DNA of 64,000 bases. It comes from Eledone cirrhosa. Lineage: Eukaryota. Location of the stretch: positions 13,764,001 to 13,828,000 of the forward strand of contig OZ024759.1 of NCBI GenBank assembly GCA_964016885.1, in the 5' to 3' direction. The notes under the pieces were generated by a model. The model did no database searches. It had not been told where the DNA came from and worked only from the letters and a program-made list of their open reading frames with translations. Of this stretch, positions 15,830 to 29,225 are shown piece after piece (position 1 is the first letter of the stretch; each line of letters begins with the position of its first letter). The position numbers and the translations under genes were made by a program.

Positions 15830-16511
15830 GGTTAATGAAGAATATAAAAACATGTATCAATAAGTACTCTTTTAAGAACAAAGTTGAGATTGACCAATAG
15901 TAAAAATAGGAAGGGGCAATATAGATCATTAAGCTGGTAGTAGTAGATGAATAAATTAGCAGTCAGGGGATGAGGTATCGAATGACCTTTAAGAAAAGAA
16001 AGTTGTGAGTGTAAAGGAATTTAGACAGATTGTATAGAAAAGTTGGATTAAAGTTGGAGGAAAAGGGATGCAGATATCAGTGTGTTATATCCAGTAGAAT
16101 AGTATAGAACAATCCTAAATATTTGTTATTTCTTTGTTCAAGAGGAATAATTTGTTCTAAAAATAGAACAAGTAGAGGAATATAGATGGAACAAAAGAAA
16201 AGTAAAAAGTAGATAAAAAAATATATAGGAAAGAAAATAATAAAATTTGTGTAAGTATTGTATTATGTTAGAGTGGTCCTATATTTCATCCCTATAACTG
16301 TTTTAAATAATTAACGAGCACTATATATTACATTATATTCAACACTAACAACACTTTAACAGACATGCATTTAAACCAGATTATTAATGAGATTTCTTAT
16401 TCAAAAATAAAATTCCCTATAGGTAAAACTTCATTCTGACCACTCTAACACAATACAATACTTACACAAATTTTATTATTTTCTTACCTATATATTTTTT
16501 TATCTACAATA

Positions 16512-17320
16512 TCGGAAGGTGTATGCAAGATGGGTGCCACGAATGCTGACAGAAGACTACAAATGGCAGCTAGTTGAATCTTCCCGCAAATTTTTTCGCC
16601 ACTATGCAGACAAAAAGGACAACTTCTTGGACTCGATTGTCACGGGTGACGAAACCTGGGCGTTCCACTTTACACCTGAGACCAAACAACAATCACGCGA
16701 GTGGCAGCATCCCTCTTCGCCCAAGCCGCAAAAATTCAAACAAACACAGTCTGCTGGTAAAGTCATAGCGACTGTGTTTTGGGACCGGAAGGGGTTTTGT
16801 TGGTCGACTTTATGCCTGCTGGGACCACAATAAACGCTGACGGGTGCTGTGAAACACTGAAAAAACTCAGAAGGGCAATTCAGAACCGGAAAAGAGGAAT
16901 GTTGAGCAAGGGCGTAAGCATTCTCCTCGACAATGCTCGCCCACACGTCGCCTGTCAAACCGTCGCTCTCCTGCAAAACTTTGGTTGGAACATCATCAAC
17001 CACCCTATAGTCCGGACTTGGCACCCAGTGACTACCACCAGTTCCCTAAGTTGAAAGAACATTTGGCCGGAATGCGATTCTGCTCCGATGAAGAGGTAAA
17101 AGATGAGGTTCAACGCTTCCTGGAGGACATGGCAGCGAGCTGGTATGACATGGGCATACAAAAACTGCCACAGTGTCTACAAAAACGCATCGACCGAAAT
17201 GGCGATCATGTAGAAAAATAAATAATTGTTCAACCTTTAAAATGATGTAAATATTATAGAAAATAAACGGTTGTTTGTATTTCTAAAAAAAAGGAGACCT
17301 TACTTTTGGGATTGCCCTCG
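16512..17320 (+). mobile_element. 5'-truncated DD34D mariner transposase pseudogene with right TIR
   Basis: WVPRML, IVTGDETW, LLDNARPH and PPYSPDLAPSDY in shifting frames; end ...gggattgccctcg|TA. Confidence 0.9.
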
Positions 17321-17664
17321 TATATACATATTTCATTTTTCATTTCATTTTACGTCCGCTTTTCCCTGCTTGCAAGGGTGGGACGGGAACTGATTCTGGC
17401 TTGATTTCTACAGCTGGATGCCCTTCCTAACACCAACCTCATTTACAGTGAGTACTGGGTGCTTTTTTGCCGTGGCACCTCCACGACCACTTTGCAGTGG
17501 AATGATAGGGACCCCAGTCCTATCATCTCATTTCTACAGCTGAGTAAACTGGAGCAAAGTGAAATAAAGTGTCTTGCTCAAGGAAACAAAACATCACCCA
17601 GTCTGAGAATTGAACTCACAAACTTTCGATTGCAAGCCCAATGCTCTAACCACTAAGCCATGTG

Positions 17665-17724
<60 letters not shown>

Positions 17725-17854
17725 CGTAGGTCCCGGGTTGAGTCGGGGATAACCACAGTAAGTAAGTTACTTAATACATGGCAGAGTAAAATTTTTTTAT
17801 TTTATAGAAGGAGCTTCTACAGGACTAGTACTGTTTCGTTCAGATGAAATCTTC

Positions 17855-17911
17855 AGGAGCTTCCTGAAGATTTCATCTGAACGAAACAGTACTAGTCCTG
17901 TAGAAGCTCCT
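17855..17911 (+). ncRNA. Type I hammerhead motif; mirrored on the minus strand at 17809-17862
   Basis: AGGAGCTTC-CTGAAGA-T TTC ATCT GAA C-GAAA-CAG tactagtc CTG-TA-GAAGCTCCT. Confidence 0.8.
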
Positions 17912-17916
17912 TCTAT

Positions 17917-17967
<51 letters not shown>

Positions 17968-17971
<4 letters not shown>

Positions 17972-18140
17972 GCACTCTGGAAGAGAAAGACCAAGGTTAA
18001 TGTATGTTGATGCCCTAAGGACAGACACTGGTCTGTTGGAGATGCAGGAAATGGCAGCGATAATGAGGGACAGAGACCGCTGGACAGATCTCATCCATGG
18101 ATCTCGGGGAATTTTACCCGCCCTAGATAGATAGATAGAT
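17968..18140 (+). mobile_element. 3' fragment of LINE family B with (TAGA)n tail
   Basis: Matches the 3' end of 58255-58905. Confidence 0.75.
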
Positions 18141-18749
18141 ATCTGCACTATACACCTCCGTCGTTGAAAAAGTATATAAAGCTGAAACCGGTACACGATT
18201 AAATGTGGAAATCCCTATGTTATAAATATATTTTTTGATATTATACTGAAAAAATCCCTCCAACTTTTTCTACTGTATTTTTTCCTTTTTACTATTTGTT
18301 TATATATATATATGTATACATACACACACACATGTATGTATGAATATGTATATATATATATATATATGTTTGTGTGTGTGTATACATATAAACATATGTG
18401 TTTATATATGTATAAATATATATATACACACATGTATGTATGGATATATATATATATATATGTTTGTGTGTGTGTATACATATAAACATATATATGTGTA
18501 CATATATGTATAAATATATATATATACACACATGTATGTATGAATATGTATATATATATGTGTGTGTGTGTATACATATAAACATATATATGTGTATATA
18601 TATGTATAAATATATATATACACACATGTATGTATGTATATATATATATGTATGTATACATGTGTGTATATGTGTATATAGATGCACACATCATCATCAT
18701 CATCATTTTACGTCCGCTTTTCATTTATATATTTGTTTGTTTAATGCAG

Positions 18750-20161
18750 GTCTTGGGGAAATAAGTTCTACCTCTGCGGAACGGTTTAGGGTGTTTTCAT
18801 GGCAAGATGATCTGCATGATGTTTCCAGAAATATTTGTGACCTCGAGAAGGAGGAAGAGGATTTTTGGTTAGAACTTATTTCGAAATACCTTCATCCAAT
18901 TGAAAAAAATGAAGAAAAAGAGATAAAAGATGAAGAAAACCTCAACGCACTCCGCAATAAAGTCTGTCTGTTGTTTTTTCTTTGTAATGGGGCATTCATC
19001 ATTGTTATCTTCACACTGCAATTCATCAACGAACGAAGCTTTGATGACAATTCATCAGGTTTATATATACCATTATCTTGTCATTCAAAAGCAGGTTTGC
19101 AGTTAAAAATCGAGCCTCTTTCAATGCTCTTCATGTTGGGATTTGGTGTGATTTTACTTATTCAGTTTTCTGCTATGGTTTATCATCGACTTGCAACACT
19201 GCTCCACATTATTGCATCAACAAATATCAACTGCATGAGGCTAAACCAAACTGAAGTTTCTTATTTGAAAATATATGATAAAATGGGATTGGTTAATGAG
19301 ATGATTAACCAAAGAGGAGATGATAGGAAGTCAATTATCTCTGAGGACAGTTTTGATACAATTATAAGCAATGCAACTTTGAAAGATCACCATCATCAAG
19401 TTTTAAAACTAGCCAAACAGAAGAGAATGAGGAAGCCAATAAGCAGCCTTGCTGACAACTTTTTCAGAAGTTTTTTGAGGCTTGCTCGTGATCTCAATAA
19501 TGATTCTATAACGGAAAATGATGGTTTGACAGATGACCAGAAAACAAAAAGCACCACCAGCTTGAAACTTACTAGAAAAAAATCAATGAATGCTATCTCC
19601 GAATTCAAGGGTCAAAACAAACATATCGTTCTGAATAAAGTAGACCGTGTTGTTGATATGATAAGACAAAAAGAACTTTCAAAATCGAATTCTAATCATG
19701 TGCTTTCTCCATCTACCCACCAAAGTAATGTACATATTTCAAATTTCAACAAGGATTTACTTGAAAATGTAAGCCATAATACTGAATCTGTTCATCATCA
19801 CATCACCAACTGTAACACTAGAGCAAATATAGAAAATATTGATGAGGAAGATGGTTCATTTCAAAATATTTCTCTGGTAGATGAAGAAAATGACACAGTA
19901 CTTGGTCAAACTCAAGTACATCCTGAAAATAGCAATGGGGAATTAGTTAAAGATGATTCTTCACCAGACCAAAAAAGGAATGCAGTACCACCTCAAAGAA
20001 AAACAAACTTAGTCTCGAGAGGTGGCACAAAATTGATGAATTTAGCAAACTACAATGTACTTAATAATGATATTTATCTCCCAGATGTATCAGATTCAAA
20101 TAAAACCAGCCATAGAACAGTTGAATTATCAGAACTGCAAATTGACAGTAGTAAATTGTAA
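18750..20161 (+). CDS. CHS: Chitin synthase terminal exon with long C-terminal tail
   Basis: Acceptor aatgcag| in phase 1, matching the previous donor. Translation EEEDFWLELISKYLHPI...LRNKVCLLFFLCNG...IEPLSMLF...IQFSAMVYHRLATLLHIIAST is typical of the metazoan chitin synthase C-terminus. TAA stop at 20159-20161. Confidence 0.92.
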
Positions 20162-20576
20162 ACATAAATAGGAATTATTAGATGGTGGCTTCCTTCACTT
20201 TTTTGATTTTTAAACACAAACAAACACAAAGTGGGGGCTATATACATAATCAATAGAATTCATTCATATAAGTTCCCCCACCCACGCTCACCACCTGCAT
20301 TCTTCTGTTGAATCATCAGCTGCCTGCACGCCATCCCTCATTGAGGATTAAACAAACAGGACACTGACAGGATATGTACTCAGAAATATGAGTCCTCTTG
20401 TCAGAAGTTCATCTATAATTTAAGAAATTATGAAAAGAAAAACAAGTGAAAAAAAAAAGAAAACCAAAAAAACAACAAACGCCAAAATATAACTTATTCA
20501 GTGATGGGTATTTTGAGTTAAGATCCTCTCTGTTTATCCCACACACTCCTCCCCTACACACATATATATATATAAA

Positions 20577-20680
20577 ATTAGTACAGATTAAAGTTTAAGC
20601 AAAGAATTGCTGCTTTCACCTTTTTACCTGTAAAAGGATGAAAGCAGCAATTCTTTATTTAAACTTTAATCTGTACTAAT
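20577..20680. repeat. Inverted repeat downstream of the chitin synthase stop codon
   Basis: ttagtacagattaaagtttaa...gaattgctgctttca versus tgaaagcagcaattc...ttaaactttaatctgtactaa. Confidence 0.85.
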
Positions 20681-20717
20681 AATAAATATTTGCTTAACAT
20701 GTTTATATATATATATA

Positions 20718-21020
20718 TGTCAGTAGTCTCCTGCCTACAACTAATCTAAGCTTAATTATTCGATTACTAACTCGAACTACCTCTATTGTCTTATTGATCC
20801 ATTTCTCAGCCAAGAAAATGCCTACTCCCCCTAACCCATCATCCTTACCTACCCAGAATAGCTTATAGCTAAGACGTTTGCTTACGACTAGTCTCGCAGA
20901 GGCACCTCTCCATCTCACCTCTTGCACGCAGCACACATCCACCTGCCTTCTCTCTAGCATCTCCGCTATTTCAGCAGATCTACCTCAGAGTGCCAACATT
21001 AAGTGTTGCAATTCTGAGAT
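20718..21020 (-). mobile_element. RTE LINE apurinic endonuclease N-terminal fragment
   Basis: MLERRQVDVCCVQEVRWRG...GGVGIFL...RVSNRIIKLRL. Confidence 0.8.
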
Positions 21021-21721
21021 GCGACGTCTTCATATTTTGTTGTTGTTCCTATTTGTTGTTGTGCTGATAAGAGTTTTGGCATTGATACACTGGTTGGATG
21101 CCCTTCCTAACACCAGCGCCACTTTACAGCATGGAATGGGTGCTTTTATTTGTGCCACCAGCACTAGAGAGGATGTCTTACTAGACTCAAGTGCCCTCTC
21201 TACCCCTCCATTTTACAGCATTGTAAAAAAAAACAAAACTTATTGACACGACGCACACACACACACCAACACTCATGCATACAAACCACAAACACACACA
21301 TGCCACTCACATACCAACACTCATTCATGCATACAAGCACACACACCACTCACAAAAACACACACATATATATATATATTACCAGCAGTACTGATACAAA
21401 TACAAAATCAAAATCATGTCAACTGTTGACTTTTCCCAGTCCAGTTCAGTTTTTATATAATAATAATAATAATAATTGTTTGCTTTACGCTGGTAATGGT
21501 GGTGGTGGTGGTGGATGGTGTCAGTATGGTGATGGTGGTGGTGGTGGAGGATGGTCAGTGATGGTGGTGGCAGTTGTTGCTGTAGTTGTTATTGTAAATG
21601 ATAATAACAATATTTAGATATAAATGTACATATCTCTATTGGTCTCATAATTTTTTTTTTATTTCCTTGTGTGAAGCAACACGTGGTTGTGTGTTGCTGC
21701 TGACTCTAGCAGAGCCGCCGG

Positions 21722-21765
<44 letters not shown>

Positions 21766-21990
21766 CCTTATCAAGCCCTCTTTGGATTTTGGTCTTCATA
21801 ATTATTATTACTATATATATATATATATAGAGAGAGAGAGAAAGATTTGAGTATGTGTTGGTTAATTTCTGACACTTCAGTATGCAGGGTAGAGCACTCA
21901 ACGAAGTACACAGGTGGGTCTGTTTACTCTGGAGTAATTTAAAAACGAGTGTAAGTCAACAGGTTAAAATTAACTTTTTTAATCATATTC

Positions 21991-22049
21991 GCTGTTATAT
22001 ATATTTCAGTGATAACCATTATTCAACAGCTATGACCTCATCAGACAGC
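21991..22049 (-). ncRNA. Type I hammerhead motif
   Basis: Minus strand: GCTGT-CTGATGA-GGTCATAGCTGTT gaat AATGGTTATCACT-GAAA-TATATA-TA-ACAGC. Confidence 0.8.
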
Positions 22050-22747
22050 TAGAACTTATATATATATACACCATTTATGTTTTGTGGTTTACCAATGAGT
22101 AGAACTGGTCACCTTGGTTCGCAAACCATGATGTATTAGTAAGAAAAGCACTCTACATTATTCAACTCATCCATCATAGATGTGGTGTCCCATGGCTGGG
22201 GTAGGAATGGAGTTAAATATTTATTTAAAACAACAGAAGGAAGAGGGGAGTCTGTTGATGGAAACTGTGTGGATGCCTGTTATATCAACTGTCCAATATT
22301 GTCATATAAACATGTTATTTATGCATTACCAAATGGTTTCGTGTGCGAAAATACATCCAAATTTCTTCTTTCTTCAGATACTTTTAAATACACACACAGA
22401 CATATATGTACATATATATACATATATATATATATTCATTGCGCGCGTGCACACACACACACACACATACATACACAAGTTCAGATGTGGCTACATGCGA
22501 ATTATTATACACTGAAAAATATTTTCTTAAAAAGTCTTCTTTTCATCCTGTAAACCACCAGTGATTATACAGCATGTATAAAGAGGACTATAAGTATATA
22601 CTATGTGCATATACTATCTCTATACTAAATATATTCTGTAAGAATATCATGAAGTTTATCTAATTTTTACCATAATATTTGTTCATTAAAATCTTTTACA
22701 AAATGAAATCTGTCTTTACGTTTTCTTCCTTTGGAATGTCATGTATA

Positions 22748-22940
22748 TAATTGATTCTACTTTTGGCACAAGGCCAGCATTTATCCCAGTGCATTACTGG
22801 TACTTTATTTTAGCGACCCCCGTAAGGATGAAAGGTAAAGTTAACCTCGGCAGGATTTGAACTCAGACCATAAAGAGCTGTAACTCTATGTGGCAAAACA
22901 TGGCGTCCAACCCTCTACTGATACTGCCAATCCATCGCCT
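22748..22940 (-). mobile_element. tRNA-derived SINE family B; other copies at about 36728-36915(+), 47243-47428(-), 63693-63880(+), partial 34185-34282(+)
   Basis: tggcagtatcggtagag...gagttcaaatcc boxes followed by gcctttcatccttacggggtcgataaaataaagtacc. Confidence 0.8.
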
Positions 22941-23031
22941 GTGTTAACATATTGCATATCTATAGCGAAGTGTCGCTAGCAGAGAAAGTGGATGTTAAAT
23001 GAAGATGATGATGATTATTATGATATATATG

Positions 23032-24371
23032 CATCATCATCATCATCGTTTAACGTCCGTGTTCCACGCTTGCATGGGTTTGGACGGGGGTTTTCCCACT
23101 TGAGGCAAGAGTGATTGTCTTGCTCGCATAGGACTGTCTGGCAGGTTTTCTACAGTTGGATGCCCTTCCTAACCCCAACCACATTTACAGTGTGGGTCTG
23201 GGAGGTTTTTACCGTGTTGCCTACACGGCCACATTACAGCGTGGACTGTGTGTTTTTTTGTCGTGACACCTACACGATCTCATTTGTTTCGGCCTGGATG
23301 GTGTGGCACCAACATAACTTTACATAGAAGGGGGCAGTGTGGATGCGGTGGGGGTGGTGGGACGGGGGTGTATTTTGTTAGAGATGCCTACTGACTGTAG
23401 TAGGTTTTACTTTGTATTTAGGTAAGGTGGGTCTTCTCTATTACTGAGTACCGCCAAAGGTCTCGGTCCAGTGACATTGTCTTGGTGAGGTGTAACTGTG
23501 TGAGGTCGGAGTTTATCAGCTCGTCCCAGGTTTTTCTGGGTCTGCCTATTCCGTGGCTCCCGTCTATCTTTATTGCCCTGCACTTTGTTATACAGCTATC
23601 GTCCTTCATGCGCATCACGTGACCATACCAACGTAGCCTTCTCTCTAGTAAACAACATCTGATCCCTCTTATTTCTAATTTTTTCCTTAGTTCGTTTATG
23701 CTTTGTCGTTCACGTATATTACTATTACACATCCAGCGGAGCATGCAAGCTTCGTTTCTCTCTAGTCTGCGTATATCCTCTGCACACAATGCCCAGGTCT
23801 CACTGCCATGCAACATTGCTGTTCGTATGCAGGCATCGTACAACCTGCCTTTCATTTTTAGGGAGAACCCTTTAGCGGCTAATAGTGGTATAAGCTCTCT
23901 GAACTTTTTCCACCCAGTTCTGACTCTAGCTACTGTACTTTCAGAGCACCCTCCCCCACTGCTGATTTTGTCACCCAGGTAACGGAAGCTGTCCACTATT
24001 TCTATAGAACCCTCTGCGCAGTTGAAAGAGCTAGTATTTTGTGGGCACTTGCTGCTACTTATTGCCCCAGAACACCGGCCACATGTAAAATCTATGTTCT
24101 TAGTTAGCTTACCTGTGATCCCACTACATCTTTTATGAACCCAAACTTTGCATTTGGGACACAAAATGGAATTTCTACCTACGCCTTTCCTACACTCTGC
24201 GCATGGCCACTTCCCGGAGGGGACCGCCGCCTTATTTTCTTTCTTACAAACTAGAACTTTAGTCTTAGCCAGGTTAATTTTAAGGCCTTTTGATTCTAGC
24301 CCGTGCTTCCATGTTTGGAATTTCTTCTCTAGCTCGGCCATTGATTCAGCTATGAGCGTTAGATCATCTGC

Positions 24372-24372
<1 letters not shown>
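23032..24372 (-). mobile_element. 5'-truncated RTE-clade LINE (RT C-terminal half, PHD-like finger, 3' UTR)
   Basis: ADDLTL, LHGSETW, RLRWYGHVMR, GRPRKTW; (GAT)n tail; 5' end joins (TA)n. Confidence 0.92.
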
Positions 24373-24431
<59 letters not shown>

Positions 24432-24432
<1 letters not shown>

Positions 24433-24772
24433 CAGTTGTCCTCTGGTATTCGCAAGGATTATGTTCCTAGTGTACCCGTGAAGAGTGAAACACCGCGAAT
24501 ATTGGACATGGTCCATAAAAATGCCTATAAACGTCTAAACATAACGTAAAATATAGGCCAGCAAATATGGTATATTGTTATTAATAATTTAGGATTGAAA
24601 GGCATGAAAAAATATATATTGCCACATAAAAAGTAATTAAAAAATCACGAAAGATATTTATGATTCCATGAATATGCGGTGGTTTCCATGAACAATTATT
24701 AGTTTGGTTCTGAAGAAAATTCCACAAATAGCTGGAACCGCGAAAATAGGACCGTGAAAGCTGGGGGTACAT
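24432..24772. mobile_element. Possible pogo/Tigger-like MITE
   Basis: TA|cagttgtcctctggtattcgc start, internal cgcgaa motifs, TA flanks; right TIR degenerate. Confidence 0.45.
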
Positions 24773-24941
24773 ATATATATAATTAGAATTTATCTTTATC
24801 ATAGCTCTATACATACATGTATGTGAATTTCGTGTATGTAAAGATACAAGTATGTTTAATGAATTTTGAAAGTTTCAGCTATGAATAGAAGATTGATGGC
24901 TAGTGCTGTCAAGTAGAATCCGGCAGAAGCAAGGGGGGATA

Positions 24942-24985
24942 ATTGTCTATGCATTTCGAACTTAGATGGTTCTCATCAGGACAAT
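24942..24985 (-). ncRNA. Minimal type I hammerhead; degenerate mirror copy at 25166-25209(+)
   Basis: Minus strand: ATTGTC-CTGATGA-GAAC catctaa GTTC-GAAA-TGCA-TA-GACAAT; palindromic tetraloop in stem III. Confidence 0.85.
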
Positions 24986-26115
24986 GCTTTCTTCTTCCTA
25001 CAGGTGGACTTTGAAACACGCAAAAATAAATAGTTTTATTTCGCCTGTATAAACAAAGCTGTATAAGCTGGCTCAAATTAAAATAGAATTAAATTTTGGC
25101 TTCGACATAACAGTATACTAACTATTTTCGCCTGTCTCAAAGTCCAGCAGTAGGAAGAAGGGGGCATTGTCTTGATGAAAACCATCTAAGTTCAAAATGC
25201 ATAGACAATTATCCCCCATCACTGCTGCTGGACACTGCATATGTGTGTGTGTGTGTGTATATATATATATTCTGAAGAGATTGTTTTGGTAAAAACAGGA
25301 CCAAGCAGGAGAAAGCTCTCAACATTCGAGGTTTGTAGTTACAATGGAGATTCAGTATAATAATATCATTAATAAAGATGCTGATGTTACATAAATCATT
25401 TATTCATTATTATTATTTCAACGGTTCTCCCATGCAATCCAAGATGTACTTCATGCATTTGTTGTTGTTATGATAACGGTATCCTCAGATGAAATTCGAT
25501 TTTGTGATATGCTGCCAGCAGGAAAAAACACGTCCTTCTGCTCGTGCGTCCGGCAGAAATATAAGTTCCTGAAAGGGTCTCCCAGCTGTCATGTTTACTG
25601 GAGTAAAGTGCTATCCACGTGTCAATTAGCGAAATCAGCTAATTTCATCTGAGGCATGGCTTAGTGGTTAGAGCATTGGCCTTGCATCGAAAGGTTGTGA
25701 GTTCAATTCTCAGACCGGGTGATGTGTTGTTTCCTTGAGCAAGACACTTTATTTCACATTGCTCCAGTTTACTCAGCTGTAGAAATGAGATGATAGGACT
25801 GGGGTCCCTATCATTCCACTGCAAAGTGGTCGTGGAGGTGCCACGGCAAAAAAGCACCCAGCACTCACTGTAAATGAGGTTAGTGTTAGGAAGGGCATCC
25901 AGCTGTAGAAATCAAGCCAGAATCAGTTCCTGTCCCACCCTTGCAAGCAGGGGAAAAGCAGACATAAAATGATGATGATGATGATGATGATGATGATACC
26001 GTTCTCATAACAACAAATGCATGAATTACATCTTGATTGCATGGGAGAACCGTTGAAATAATTATAATGAATAAACGATTTTTGTAACATCAGCAGCTTT
26101 ATTAATATTATTATA

Positions 26116-26425
26116 CGTGTGTGTGGTGTGTGTATGTATGTTTGTGTGTGTATATGTGGTGCGTGTGAGTGGTGTATGTTTGTGTGGTGTGTGTGTGTGT
26201 ATGTGTGTATGTGTGTGTGTATGTGTGTGCATATGTGTGTGTGGTGTGTGTGTGGTGTATGTGTGTGTATGTGGTGCGTGTGTGTGTATGTGTGTTTGTG
26301 TGGTGTGTAATGTGTGTGTGTGTATGTGTGTATGTATGTGTCACACGTGTGTGTGGTGTGTGTATGGTGTAGGTGTGTGTGTGTGTATGTGTGTGTGGTG
26401 TGTGTGTGTGTATATGTGTGCTTGT
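26116..26425. repeat. Degenerate (TG)n microsatellite; pure tracts also at 953-1028 and 31344-31430
   Basis: Seen directly. Confidence 0.9.
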
Positions 26426-27189
26426 GGGTTTGTTCACCTTTCCAGCCAAATTTTCATGACACTCCTCTCTCATTTGTAATTATACCCCTAATCCCCACCA
26501 CCACCACCCAACATTTTACATTTTCTCCAAATATAATCTATAAATACACTTTTCATCAAGTTTCTTGATGAAAAGTGTATCGTCTCCACCACAATAAGGA
26601 TTAATCAATCTTTCCTATCATAAAAGATTTGTAAACTACATCTATTGCTTTCTCAACTTTATCATCAATTTCACTGAGGCACTTCCCTATCATCAAAAAA
26701 TATTACATGTGCCCGATTTTGATTTATACTCCCCTATTTGTACATACACTCTGTTGGTGTATGTACAAATTAGTGTATGTTGGTACCACAACATCCAATC
26801 CAAACTAATGAGGTCATGTAGATGTCACAACAAAAAAACACACAGTCCATGCTGTAATGTGGCCGTGTATGTAACACGGTTAAAATCTCCCAGTCCACAC
26901 TGTAAATATGGTTGGTGTTAGGACCAATCTTGCCTCAAGTGGGAAAATTACTGTCTAACCCATGCTAGCGTGGAAGATAGACGTTAAACGATGATGATTC
27001 TCACACACTTATCTCTTCCTTCAAAATTTTCAGGATTGCCATTTGTAAGTGTACTCCAATTCCCTCACCACTTTCTTTTGGTATTGCATCCACCACAATA
27101 AGGTGCCATCTTCCTCATTTGTAAAATATTTTATTGCTTTTTCAATTTTATCACTTTAATTTTGTCATTTTTATCTGACCTTCAAACTA

Positions 27190-29225
27190 CATCTTTTATG
27201 TACCCATAGCTTACATTTGGGACATAGAATGGAATTTTTACCTCTCTTTTCCTACACACTGAGCAAGGCCATTTCCCAAAGAAAATGTGGGTCCTATTTT
27301 CCTTTTTACATACTAGGTCTTTAGTCTTAGACAAATTAACTTTAAGACCTTTTGATTCTAAGCCATGCTTCCAGGTTTGGAATTTATTCTCTAATTCTGT
27401 GATAGATTCAGTTATGAGAGTGAGATCATCTGCATACAGAAGTTCCCATGGGCAGCCAGTCTTAAACTCTTCTGTTATAAACAGGAGAGGGCTAAGGACA
27501 GAACCCTAATGCACACCTACCTGCATTCTAAATTCTTCATTATAGTCATTGTTAATTCTAACCTTGCTAACTGTTCCTCTATACATGGCTTGTACAACTT
27601 TCACAAGCCACTCATCTATTCCTTGATTTCTAAGACCCCACTAGATAATGGAATGGGTGACTGTCAAAGGTTTTCTCCAAGTCAACAAAAGCTAAGCAGA
27701 GGGGTTAACTTTTACCTAGTTACTTCTCCTGTAGTTGACTCATAAGGAAAAGAGCATCTATGGTACTTTTACCTGGCACAAAGCTAAACTGCATTTCATC
27801 AAGGTTAATTTGGTTCCTAATCAGCTGTGCAATAACTCTTTCGGTGACCTTCATGACCTGGTCAACCAACTTAATGCCTCTATAGTTTTCTCTGTCTAGA
27901 GCATCTCCTTTACCCTTGTAGTAGTTGATAATGATGCTGCTACACCAGTCATTGGGCATGACCCTATTTTGTATTACTTGGTTTACAATATGGGTGACTA
28001 TGGCTTGACCAAGCATTCCAGATGCTTTCAGCATCTCAGCAACTATCTCTGAAGGACCAGCTGCCTTGCATGTCTTCATATCTTTGATTGTCTTACTTAC
28101 TATACTACTGCTAACTTGTACAGCCGGTCCCTCTGTTAGGTCAACTTGGAACAAACTATCTTCATCCCATTCATTCTCTTCATTTAGTAGCCTTTCATAG
28201 TAGCACTTCCTTCTTACCTTCTTTTCAGCATCAATGAGAGCAAGTACTTCGTTATCATCATGGACATACTTCTCCCCATCAATATCACAATTTTGTTTTG
28301 CAATCCTGAACACCTCACACTTGTGGTCCTTGTGTTGCAGAACAGGCTTAAATTTGTTATTTTCTGCTTCCTTTCTTGCAAAGTGTACTTGTCACCTAGC
28401 TTCCTGGTAATGTTCTCTACTTCTCCCATCCTGCCATTCTTTCCATGCCTGTTTTTTTTTGGCTTTAATTGTCTCCTCCTCCTCCTACTGTTCCACCACC
28501 AAGTCCTCCTTAGAGACCGGCTCCAGCCACAGATCTCATTTGTTGCCATCAGTAGGTTACCTTTCAGGAATTCTCGCTGCTCCTCTATATTGTATTTCTC
28601 TGTTCTTCCTTACTGTCAAAAGCATCAAATAACATGCCTATAAATTTGTTACTGGCTGTGGGGTCCTTCAACTACCATATTCTTCTCCTCAAGGTTGTCT
28701 TCTGTCAATGAGATTGTCTAGCCCTGATTATAAGGGCACTAACTATTAGGTTATGTTGAGAGGTGCATTCTTCATCAGCAAGGAACTGTGTTTACAACAG
28801 TCACTTTATCTCATCTGGTAAGAATAAAATCTATCTGGCTGGTGTGCTCCCATGATCTATAGGTGATCAAGTGATTGTCTCATTTTTTGAAGTTTGTGTT
28901 ACAGATAGTTATTAACATCACAGAATTCCAGGATCCTGAAACCCCCCTAGTTTCTAGTACCAAACCCATAACCTCCATGAATCCCATCATAGTCATCACA
29001 GTGCTGTCCAACAAGCCCATTAAACTCACTAACAATGATTATATAGTCACTGCTGGTTATTTGGGAAGTAGTGTGCATTAGAACCTGTCTTTTATATTGT
29101 CTGGTAGACCAGAATGGGGTGTAAAAGCAGATATAATTGACACAGTTGTTCTATTTAGTACTAGTCTAATTTCAATGATTCTATCATTCACTCTATTTAC
29201 GGTAAATACCTTATCTACCCATTTA
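27190..29225 (-). mobile_element. Old, degenerate RTE LINE spanning endonuclease to RT
   Basis: KGKGDALDRENYRGIKLVDQVMKV, RVNDRIIEIRLV; many frameshifts. Confidence 0.8.

Noticed and set aside
22180-22553. Overlapping short ORFs downstream of chitin synthase
   Set aside because: No recognisable motif or splice support, and they run into a microsatellite.
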